Made by a program: the position numbers and the translations under genes
In this document: positions 41,192-52,550 of the stretch, in pieces
Position numbering within the stretch: position 1 is the first letter of the stretch
Layout: every line of letters starts with the position of its first letter
NCBI GenBank assembly: GCA_964016885.1
Contig: OZ024742.1
Location: 95,232,001-95,296,000 of the forward strand
Source of the DNA: Eledone cirrhosa
Lineage: Eukaryota
Direction: 5' to 3'
DNA length: 64,000 nt
Notes under the pieces: generated by a model
Told to the model about the DNA's origin: nothing
What the model saw: only the letters and a program-made list of their open reading frames with translations
Database searches by the model: none

Positions 41192-41938
41192 ACCGGAGGT
41201 ATATGGTCTTTAAAGCGAAGAAATACCGATGATGGTTGCAAGATCACTGATGAAGGACCACTTTATTCACATGTAACCCATTTGCAACCAAGCAGCACGT
41301 TTATTCTCATATTTACACATATTTTTTCCCCCGCTGTGACCCGTCTATTTCGTTCTTACTGCTTCCTCTTTCTCTGTATCTTTACCCTCTCTAACAGTTA
41401 CTCTCTCTGTTAGCCTCTTCGTCACCCTTCACTCACTCACTCTCTGTTACTACCTCTCCTCCTCCTTCTTCTTCCCGCTTGACCTGTGCGTAATTCTTTT
41501 CTTTCACACGCTTGGTCAGACTGGTTCGCCTTTTTTCTCTCTCTCGTCTACGATTTCACAACATATGTTCACCGAATTCACGGACTAGACCCCTTCTTCA
41601 TCCCGTTAGACCTGTGTGGAATTCCTTCCTTGCTCACATTCAACCAGGTTTGATGGTCTTTATTCTCTCTCGTTCACGATTTCACCGAACTTATATTCAT
41701 GGAAATTTGGGACTTGACTCGTTCTTCCTCACTTTTCGTTGCTTCACCATCTTTGTTTGTTTACACACTCGCTGTTCCCTTTATTTACGTGTCCCAACGA
41801 CTTTCTTTAGCCGTTGCTCGCACCAACCGGAGGTATATGGTCTTTAAAGCGAAGAAATACCAATGATGGTTGGAAGATCACTGATGGAGGACCACTTTAT
41901 TCATATGTAACCCATTTGCAACCACGCAGCACGTTTAT

Positions 41939-41945
<7 letters not shown>
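41192..41945 (-). mobile_element. TRIM-like non-autonomous LTR element in (TA)n
   Basis: ~120-bp direct repeats 41192-41319 and 41826-41945; minus strand PBS-like TGGTGCGAGC after the 5' repeat; PPT GGGGGAAAAAA before TG of the 3' repeat; no ORF. Confidence 0.6.
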
Positions 41946-41990
<45 letters not shown>

Positions 41991-42156
41991 AATTTATATC
42001 TAGTAACATCTATATACACACAGATGTATATCAATGCTAGCAAATATATAGCTTTTGTCTTATTAACAATGTGGTTCAATGCATGGGGTTGCAGAACAAT
42101 AATATGAGAGACGTAAAATAAGAAAATTATAAAATTAACTTACTTACTAAAAAATC

Positions 42157-42239
42157 ACTTCCAACTAATTAGTTTCTGGAATGGAGTAAATATATTTTCC
42201 GAAGAAACATATTGAAAATCATTCCGTCATCAGGAAAGT
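42157..42239 (-). ncRNA. Type I hammerhead with extended stem II
   Basis: actttc-CTGATGA-c ggaatg..cattcc a-GAAA-ctaattag-TT-ggaagt. Confidence 0.7.
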
Positions 42240-42681
42240 CTTTTTCCGTATAGGTCTCCAGGCATAGCGAGGACACTGGAAACTTATTAAAAATATAATT
42301 CAGTGGAATGGAAATAGCGAAGCGTGGACTGGATTCCAAGCCATTGAGAAAATCACTGCCTCTACGTCTGTGGCAAATTCAAAAAGAATCAATCACGTGA
42401 CATCGAGGTCAATCAGTGGAAAGCGAGTGGTTATTAAGACAGCGGCCAGCTTACTACCATAGTAGCAGTCATGGCCAAATATTGCTCGACAAATGAATTG
42501 GAGATAATTATAAGGAATTTATATCTAGTAACATCTATATACACACAGATGTATATCAATGCTAGCAAATATATAGCTTTTGTTTTATTAACAATGTGGT
42601 TCAATGCATGGGGTTGCAGAACAATAATATGAGAGACGTAAAATAAGAAAATTATAAAATTAACTTACTTACTAAAAAATC

Positions 42682-42764
42682 ACTTCCAACTAATTAGTTT
42701 CGGGAATGGAGTAAATATATTTTCCGAAGAAACATATCGAAAATCATTCCGTCACCAGGAAAGT
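42682..42764 (-). ncRNA. Second tandem hammerhead copy with core mutation (CTGGTGA)
   Basis: Same fold as 42157-42239; A6G change. Confidence 0.5.
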
Positions 42765-42944
42765 CTTTTTCCGTATAGGTCTCCAGGCATAGCGAGGACA
42801 CTGGAATGATGACGGAATGATTTTCTATATGTTTCTTCGGAAAATATATTTACTCCATTCCAGAAACTAATTAGTTGGAAGTGATTTTTTAATAAGTAAG
42901 TTAATTTTATAATTTTCTTATTTTACGTCTCTCATATATATATG

Positions 42945-43215
42945 AGGCCGAAACAAATGAGATCGTGTAGGTGTCACGACAAAAAAACACACAGTCCACG
43001 CTGTAATGTGGCCGTGTAGGCAACACGGTAAAAACCTCCCAGACCCACACTGTAAATGTGGTTGGTGTTAGGAAGGGCATCCAACTGTAGAAAACCTGCC
43101 AGACAGTCCTATGCGAGCAAGACAATCACTCTTGCCTCAAGTGGGACTACCCCCGTCCAAACCCATGCAAGCGTGGAACACGGACGTTAAACGTTGATGA
43201 TGATGATGATGATGA
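42945..43215 (+). mobile_element. RTE LINE 3' tail fragment
   Basis: Matches 51970-52235, (GAT)n tail. Confidence 0.85.
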
Positions 43216-43258
43216 TATATATATATATATATATTTATTTATTAAAATAACAGATTAA

Positions 43259-43309
43259 AGTTTAAGCAAAGAATCGCTGCTTTCACCCTTAATGGGATCT
43301 TCTGAAACT
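43259..43309 (-). ncRNA. Hammerhead-like motif with true stem III and CAGAAGA core
   Basis: agttt-CAGAAGA-tccc attaa gggt-GAA-agca gcgattctt tgct-T-aaact; second copy at 58933-58983. Confidence 0.55.
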
Positions 43310-43496
43310 ATTAAAAAAATCAGTCTGTGAACGCAGAAGTAAATATTTTGAAAAATGTTGCAACCGAAGGAAAACAGGAAGACGATACTTTATTTGCTCT
43401 AGGGTTCTTATATATTTGATATATATTTATCCTAATTGAGCCCTCTTTGGATTTTAGTCTTCACATTTATTATTATATATTATATATACACACACT

Positions 43497-43543
<47 letters not shown>

Positions 43544-44036
43544 GTGTGTGTCAAGTCATACTACCTGGAGACTAGGTTACAAATTTGATAGCTCTTTCAT
43601 GCATTCTACACCATCATGCACAATCTGAGGAGATGGCCATAACTGGATCTTGAAACCTAAGGTACCACTCTTATGTTTAGTGCATTAACATAAGTAAATA
43701 ATATATTAGTTCTTTCACTAAATCAAGCACTGTTTTCCTTCTTCCTTTTTCACAGATATTTTTTCCTAAGTACCCCAACACACACACACGTGTATGTGCA
43801 CACACACATATATAAAAGCTAATAAAGAGATTTATATCATAATCATTTAATAGCCATTTTCTCTGCATAGATATATATGCATATTTCTGTGTAGATTTCC
43901 ATCATGAGTTTAAGATGTATATACTTGAACAAACAGGCAGACCAACATATAGCTAGATAGATAAGCAAAGTACATCGATAGATACATAGATAAATAGGTG
44001 GATAAACAGATAGGTAGAGAGACAGGTATATATATA

Positions 44037-44499
44037 TTAGAAAATAGAAAAATAGAAAAGATGAGTATTGACGTACGTCAATACTCATCTTTTCTTTTTT
44101 TCTATTTTTCTATTTTTCTATTTTCCATTTATCTGAGGGTTCTAAACCCCATTATCAGGCTAAAATTCCTTTAGTCAAAAATACGGTGAAAGCTATTCTA
44201 TTTTCTAATTTCAAACCTGCTCACTGTTTCAAAACATACTTACTTGATATCCACTTTTTCCATATAAAACAAGTAACATTTAGAGACCAACCAGATGTGA
44301 GAAAAACCACAGACCCTCCATCTCAACTCACCTTTTGAAAAGCAGAAGAACTGCGAAACCGGTAAAGGAACCAAATAAATATATATATTTTAAAAAAAAA
44401 TAAGATTTCAGTTGCATTTTCGATTTCATCTCTTTTTCTTTATACTTCCACTCGTGTAGGACACCTCGGTTATTTTTCATTTTGTAAAAAAAACCTCAC

Positions 44500-44505
<6 letters not shown>
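44037..44505 (+). mobile_element. (TA)n-flanked pLTR-like module with terminal palindrome
   Basis: Perfect 42-bp palindrome 44054-44095 (centre cgt|acg); hammerhead variant then AATAAA downstream. Confidence 0.55.
44331..44368 (+). ncRNA. Minimal hammerhead with compensatory U3-A8 core
   Basis: cctt-TTGAAAA-gcag aagaa ctgc-GAAA-ccgg-TA-aagg. Confidence 0.65.
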
Positions 44506-44549
<44 letters not shown>

Positions 44550-44577
44550 GGATAGATATATAGTTAAGAAGATAGAG

Positions 44578-44653
<76 letters not shown>

Positions 44654-45104
44654 ATATATATATATATATTAGATAGATAGATAAAGGAAGGATAATTTCA
44701 GGTCATGTCTCTCTCTCTCTCTCGTGATTCATGTGATCTATGTGAATTTCTGCAGTTTAATTTCAATTTCATAATGGCGTATCTATTTGGAAGATGAGTT
44801 GAGAAAATGTCACTTCCAGCAGACCTTTTCCATGAAAGCTAAGGGTTCATGTTCCATTCATATCTCAGTTTAGCCATTTCCTTCAATGGCATTTCTTATT
44901 GGTTTAAAATAAACAAGTTCCTGTGTTAAGTGTGACATATCAACGCTAAAAGTGGCTAATATGATTGGTGAAAATATCCCCCCCCCTCTCCCAAACCACA
45001 GCCAGCTCAGTCATCAAACCATCAGCTTTCTCTCCCCCCTCTCTCTCACTCATCCTCATCTTTCTATTATTGTACCACCTCTTCTTCTCACTGAATTTTG
45101 TTGT

Positions 45105-45680
45105 CACTTTGCCGAGAGTGTGGTGTGATGTGGTGGTGTTATGATGTGATGTTCTATGATATGGTGTAATATCATGTGTGGTGATGTTGTGGTTTGGAGT
45201 GGAGGAGGAAAGAGAACAGCATGGGGGTGACATTATTTCAAGTAGCATACATTGTAATAGTGTAGTGTTGTGTGATGCTTTTGTGTGGTGTGGTACAGTG
45301 TATTGTTATGGTGTTGTGCAGTGCGTTGTAGAACAGAGGATAGCATGGGGGTGGTTATGCTGCTTTACGTGTAAAGCATTGTGGAACGGTGCACTGCAAT
45401 GTGATGTTATTGGGTGGTGTGTTGGAAGACAGCAGATGGTGTGGTGTGAGATAGAGGGTGGTCTGGTGGCATTGTTTCAAGTAGCATACATAATAATAGT
45501 GTGGTGGGGTGTGGCATGGTGAGGTGAGGTGTGGTGTTTTTTTGTGTGATGATGGACAGTGGATGGTGGGGTGTTGTTGTTTTAACTAGCATACATAATA
45601 AGTGTGGTGGATGTGATGGTTCTGTGTGGTTTGTATGGTGGAGGACAGTGGATGTGTGGTGGAGGTTTTTTCAAGTAGTA
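45105..45680. repeat. Degenerate (GTGTG/GTG)n low-complexity tract
   Basis: Direct reading. Confidence 0.7.
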
Positions 45681-47313
45681 TACATTGAAATTGGTATATT
45701 TCCTAAGGAAATTGATGGCAATAGATAAACAGCTAAATAATGAATTAAAGCCATTTACCACTTATTTTCAATGTTAAACAAGATTATGGTGTATAGCAAG
45801 TCTTCCTTCCCCACATCACCCACATCAATATACACCCACACTGTGGTTGCTACTGTTATTGTTGGTTCTCCATCAGTTGTGAAGAGCAATGTTCCAATTT
45901 AATTTACAGAATAGCCTGTTCATACAATTACATAGAATTTGCTTAGCATTCCATAGACATAGTACCCTTAATGCTTTTGTTATATTATCAAACTGCCTGA
46001 AACTGGTCTGGTTTTGTGATACAAAACTGCACATTATAAAATGGTATTCTTAAACTTTTACCATTCCATCATAATTTTATTTAAGAATTTTTTAAAGTAA
46101 TGTTCTAAAAAGCAGTTTACTAATGACCATATTTATTTATTAAATTCCTCCAAATATTTTATTATTTTCAGTGTTTAATTCTGTAGCTAATTCCTGTGTA
46201 TTAATACTTTTGATATCAAGCCTCATAAAACTTGCCCTGGCTCTCTAATACAAAACTATTTGTTTTACAGTGTTTATATTTATCTAAAAACCTTCCATGA
46301 TGATTTTTAAAAGAAATTTTATTCAGTTATTTTCTATATAGCAGCTTAATAATGTGAACCTTAGTTACTTTCCTAAATTCACTTACTTTCTTGATTATTT
46401 CTAAAATGCTTTGAAAATCTTAAACAGTCTTTTATAAGAAATGTAATAACAAAAGTGGTAAATAAGAGCATTGGATTAAATAAAAGTGAAGACGGTTTTA
46501 ATTAACTTTTAACTATTATTGAACATAATTACAGGAAAGAAGATGGAGTGATGCTCCAGCAGTTTAAAAGTCTAATGCAGGTTTTCCAATATGGGTGATA
46601 TCTACCACCAGTGGACGATTTCAACTGTTGGGTGTCGATGAGCAACTGAATAGAAAATAATGGGTGATTGGAAATGTTGTTGAACTTTATAGGATTTTGA
46701 GTATTAAGAAGATATTTCAACATATGCTACCTGAAAAAAATATATTTAGAGGAGATATGCAAAGAACCTGCATAATAAAAACAACAAAAAAACAGGAAGT
46801 TAAATGGGAATAAGGAACCAGTAAATAAACTTTTACCAAACAATTTAGGTATGCTTTTTGAGTTGGGAGGTGGAAATGTTTTCCAAATGAAAGTGGTTGA
46901 TGATGCAAAAATTGTTGGGAATCCCTGATTTACTGTCTGAAACCAGCAAAAGAATAAAATAATACCCACAGAAGGCATCTAGATGTGTAATTGATAAACG
47001 CTTTGATTTGGGGGAATTATTAATGTATTTGAAAAAAAGAAATCAATAGTTAACCAGAAATTTACTAAAATATATATTTAGATTATGGTTTCAAGTAAAG
47101 GTTAAGGCATACTTTATGGTTATATAAAAATGAAAAATTCAACCATAGCAAGGTTAAAACACATAGCATAAACTTAGTCCCTTAAATAATTCTTGAAACA
47201 AAAAAAATGTAATAACAATGGTACTTGAAATTAATGCATGCATGGCTCCAACCGTCAATTAATTATTTGCTCTATGTAATTGAGGTAAACGGCATGCTGC
47301 TTGCCTTTATATA

Positions 47314-47509
47314 GGAGGGTCAGCTGAAAAGTTCATAAGCTGACCAAGATACTCTCATGGAATGACCAAACAAGGTTTATTTCAACATAGTCCCTGGAAG
47401 GAAAGAATCTAGTTATTAATAAGAAGAGTTGAAATTAATGCATGTAAGATTTCACAGATATTTCAACAATCTTTCATAGTCAGCCTATGAACTTTTCAGC
47501 TGATCGTTG
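47314..47509. mobile_element. Mariner-like MITE
   Basis: TIRs gagggtcagctgaaaagttcataagctgac / gtcagcctatgaacttttcagctgatcgttg, TA flanks. Confidence 0.75.
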
Positions 47510-48086
47510 TATATATATATATAGCAAGCATGGAAAATATGTGTCAAACTGAATTGAAAGTTGGTTCTTTTGACTAAAATGCACTATGCACTTACCTTTT
47601 GTGTATATTAATACATTCAGAGACCTGCATTCAATGACTTCATGTTATAAATTTTAAAAAAGAAGGAAAAGTTAACCAGTTATTTAATTCAGACTATATA
47701 TCTATATCTAATTTATGGTTTAAAATAAAGTTTTTTCAAATCCGTTATATGTTCACATATTACAGTTAAAGGTCATCTTGGTTGGAGTCAAACTCATAAC
47801 ATAAATATAATAAATACATGCAGCTAGGTAATAAACCAATAAAAAGAAAGAAGAAAATTTCAAAATAAAGAATATTGAAACAAAAAAATTGAAATCTGGC
47901 TCAGTATGAAGATTGAACCTTTGGCTTTGTTGTTATGAAGATGATGTAATCAACTAAACTATCTGTATGTATAAATATTTATGTAGTTATCAAGTTGTAT
48001 AGATATATCAATATATGTATATATTTATATGCATTGCATGTATTTATGTATATGCATACATATATGCATTACACAAACAAACACAC

Positions 48087-48137
<51 letters not shown>

Positions 48138-49759
48138 ATGTTTGTATTTACACACATAAATACATCCATATAAATGTACACGTATATTGTTACATCTACA
48201 TGAATTGATAAGTACATAAATATTTATACATAAAAATATTCCATCTACTTAACTCTCATATGCATACAAGTATGCATTTTCCATTTTTACATGGCAATAA
48301 AAACTTTGAGACCCAGTGCAGTACAGTCTATCACTACATGAATAGAAGCAATTATTTCAGACATTCACTTAACCAAAATATACCTTGAGGATTTCCTACA
48401 CATTTCACTAAAGAGAAACAGACAACAACTCCAAATTGGGGAATTCCTTCTCCAGTCTTCTTCTGACAATTTCCCTGAAAATAACAACTATAATAATAAA
48501 CATAATAATGATGATAATAATAATAATAATAATATCAACAACAACAATAATAAAAATGTCAAATGATGATAATGGTAATAATGATGATAATTACGATGAT
48601 GATGATAATAATAAAGTGCAAAGTAAATAAGACTGGTGTATGGAACCATAAAACTATAAAATGAGTGTTGCTAAAATGAACCTCAACAAAATCCCTCAGG
48701 TATGAAGAGGAATTTCACAGATAAAAGGAATTCTTTCAAGCAATTTAGTCTTTGATTTTGTGATCACAACGGAACATGGGATATTGTATATGATGTTAGT
48801 GAATATTGGGATATTGGTAGCTATGATTAGCTTTTTTTTTTCTTACTGGAAATATTTTTTAATATAGTTTTCATGGTGGAATGGGAGTTTGATTTCCAAT
48901 ATATCTTATTTCTACATTGTTTTTGTTGTTGCTATTGTTGTTGTTGTCCTTAATCTTATTTCAGTATTTTTGTTTTGTATTTCTAAAATTATTTTACTAT
49001 TTGCTTATATTTTTATTTCATTTTTTGTTTGTTTTGTTTTGTATGAACTATACAAGTTTGTACACCTGTAGTCAAACAAACACACACAAAAATGCCTTTT
49101 ACAAACATCCACACACACACACACACACACATACACGCATATATATATATATATATACTCATAATATATAAATGCAATTATCATTATTTCTCCTTGTTTA
49201 CTTATTTTTTCTCTATATATCATAATCATCGTCATCAACATCCCTGTTTAGCACCTATTTTCCATGCATGCATGGGTTAGTTTGCTTTTGGATATTACTG
49301 GAAGCATGGTTTCTATGGTTGGATGCCCTTCCTAACACCAACCACCTTACATCATATACTGGGATCATTTTATTATGACTCCAGCACTACCACCTTTTAG
49401 GGGGTGGATGTTTATATGCTATGTGCAGGAGTTGAGGGATGGATCATGAGGATGCTGTTGGGGCAAGTGGGGGATGGGTGATGCATCTGGCTTTTCAAGC
49501 TAGTCTTGGCTAGAGCAAGTGGATGATGTGTGTGTTGGGGAGAGGGGGGGGGGGTACAATGATTCAGCGAGGAAGGTGAATTAAAATTTCTCTTGCCTTT
49601 CTATGCTAGCATGGCTAAGTGAGGATGTCGAGTGTATACTGATAGGCATGTACTTGAGAGTTGTTTTATCTCTCTGGTGGTTTGGTTTTAGGATAGAGTG
49701 GGATATGTGTGGGTTGTGGTAGTAGCTCGCTGGGGGCTCATATATATATATATATATAA

Positions 49760-52238
49760 AGACAAATATAAATATATATAAAGACACATTCACCTGATAA
49801 AGACAAATTCACCTCATGCTGCCGGACGAAAAGGCAAGGATTCATCCTCTTTATTTCGGCCGTGGATGGCCAACATAACCCCAACCCCATCTCCCTCACC
49901 CCTCCCCGCGCCCCACCATTGCCACCCACCAAACGCAACCCAAAACTTCAGAGTTGGTACCATGAATGTAGGCACCTTAAAAGGTCGCTCTAACGAGGTT
50001 GAAGAGATGCTTGAGCGTAAGGAGGTTGATGTTTGTTGTATCCAAGACACCAGGTGGAAGGGTGGGTCTGCTAGATTCATTGTGGGTAAAAAACGATGCT
50101 ATAAGCTTTTCTGGGTGGGAAATGACAATGGGCTGGGTGGGTAGGAATCATGATAGCAGAAAAATGGGTAGATAAGATAATAGATGTAAATAGAGTGAAC
50201 GACAGAATAATTAAAATAAGACTTGTCCTAAATAGAACTACTGTGACAGTAATATCTGCATACGTACCCCAATCCGGACTGCCTGGCATTATAAAAGACA
50301 GATTCTATGAGACATTGATGCTCACTACCTCCTAAATAACCGACAGTGACTACATAATTATTGGTGGTGACATAAATGGTCACGTTGGACAACATTGTGA
50401 TGGCTATGATGGAATCCATGGAGGCTATGGGTTTGGTACTAGAAATGAGGAAGGCTCCAGAATCCTGGAATTCTGTGATGCAAATCAGAGAGCGAATTGA
50501 TCTAGATGAAATGCAGTTCAGGTTTGTGTCATGTAAAAGTTCCACAGATGCTCTTTTCATTGTACGACAACTACAGGAGAAATACCTAGATAAAAGTAAA
50601 CCCCTATACTTAGCTTTTGTTGACTTGGAGAAAGTATTTGACAGATTCCCCCGCTCCATTATCTGGTTGGCTCTTAGAAAACTAGGTGTTGATGAATGGC
50701 TTGTGAGAGCTAAACAAGCCATGTATAAAGAAACAGTCAGCAAGGTTAGAATTAACAACGAATATAGTGAAGAGTTTAGCGTAAAAGTTGGTGTTCATCA
50801 AGGCTCTGTTCTTAGTCCCCTACTATTTATTATTGCCCTTCAGGCTATAACAGTGGAGTTCAAGACCGGCTGCCCATGGGAACTCCTATACGCAGATGAT
50901 GTAACGCTCATAGCTGAATCAATGGCTGAACTAGAGAAGAAATTCCTAACATGGAAGCATGGCCTAGAATCAAAAGGCCTTAAAATTAACCTGTCTAAGA
51001 CTAAAGTTCAAGTTTGTAGGAAGGAAAATAGGGCACCGGTTCCATCTGGGAAATGGCCATGCTCAGCGTGTAGGAAGGGAGTAGGCAGAAACTCCATTTT
51101 ATGTCCCAAATGCAAAGTATGGGTGAATAAAAGATGTAGTGGGATCACAGGTAAGCTAACTAAGTATATAGATTTTATATGTGGCCGGTGCTCAGGTGCA
51201 ATAAGTAGCAGCAAGTGCCCAGAGAATACTAGCTCATTCCATTGCACAGATGGTTCTATAGAAATAGTGGACACTTTCCGTTACCTGGGTGACAAAATCA
51301 GCAGTGGTGGAGGGTGCTCTGAAAGTACAGTAGCTAGAGTCAGAACGGGATGGAAAAAGTTCAGAGAGCTTATACCACTATTGGCCGCCAAAGGGTTCTC
51401 TTTAAAAATGAAAGGCAGGCTGTATGATGTCTGCATACGAACAGCAATGTTACATGGCAGTGAGACTTGGGCATTGTGTGCAGAGGATATACGCAGACTG
51501 GAGAGGATCGAAGCTTGCATGCTCCGCTGGATGTGTAATAGTAATATATGTGAACGGCAAAGCATAAACGAACTAAGGTAGAAATTAGGAATAAGAGGGA
51601 TCAGATGTTGTTTACTCGAGAGAAGACTACGTTGGTATGGTCACGTGATGCGCATGAAAGACGACAGCTGCATAAAAAAGTGCAGGGCGATAAAAATAGA
51701 CGGTAGCCACTGAGTAGGCAGACCCAGAAAAACCTGGGACGACTTGATAAATTCCGACCTCACACACTTACACCTCTCCAAGACAATGTCACTGGACTGA
51801 GATCTTTGGCGCTACACAGTAATACAGAAGATCTGCCTTGCCTAAGTACAAAGCGAAACCTACAGTCAGTAGGCACCTCTAACAAAAATACACCTCCATC
51901 CCACTACTCCCACCCCATCCACACCACCACTTTCGATGTAAACTTATGTTGGTACCACAACATCCAGTGCGAAACAAATGAGGTCGTGTAAGTGTCACAA
52001 CAAAAAAACACACAGTCCATGCTGTAATGTGGCCGTGTAGGTAACACGGTAAAAATCTCCCAGTCCACACTATAAACGTGGTTGGTGTTAGAAAGGGCAT
52101 CCAGCCGTAGAAAACCCGCCAGACAGTCCTATACGAGCAGGACAACCAATCTTGCCTCAAGTGGGATAATTCCCGTCCAAACCCATGCAAGCGTGGAAGA
52201 AGGACGTTAAACGATGATGATGATGATGATGATGATGA
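49760..52238 (+). mobile_element. RTE-type LINE copy C, internally deleted (junction ~50482)
   Basis: VGTMNVGTLKGR, CIQDTRW, ISAYVPQ; then FVDLEKVFD, GVHQGSVLSP, LLYADD, PHD-like finger, FRYLG; (GAT)n tail; TA flanks. Confidence 0.93.
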
Positions 52239-52244
52239 TATATA

Positions 52245-52550
52245 TCCAGCTCACACTGTAAAGTGGTCATATAGGTATCATGACAAAAAAGCCCCCAGCA
52301 TACACTGTGAAGAGGTCACGTAGGTGTCACAAGAAAAACCACCCACCCTACACTATGAAGTAATCCTGTAGGTGTCACAACAATAAACACTCAGTCCACA
52401 CTCTAAAGTGGTTGTGTAGGAGTCATGACAAAAACTAGCCAGAAACAGTCCTATATCAACAGGACATGGTGAGCTAACCCATCTTACCTCTAATCGTAAA
52501 ATCTGTCTAACCTATGCTAGCATGGAAAATGGAGGTTAAAAGATGACGAT
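52245..52550 (+). mobile_element. RTE tail variant with ~4 subrepeats
   Basis: Repeated cacactgt..gtaggtgtcac..aaaa units then catggaaaatggaggttaaaagatg. Confidence 0.55.

Larger units (their letters stand above)
41986..42935 (-). mobile_element. pLTR/retrozyme-like unit: 525-bp period tandem (1.55 copies) plus inverted partial copy
   Basis: 41986-42280 repeated at 42511-42805; 42807-42935 is the inverse of part of it; TA flanks. Confidence 0.75.

Noticed and set aside
46530-47050. Coding-like purine-rich stretch
   Set aside because: Stops in all frames and no identifiable domain
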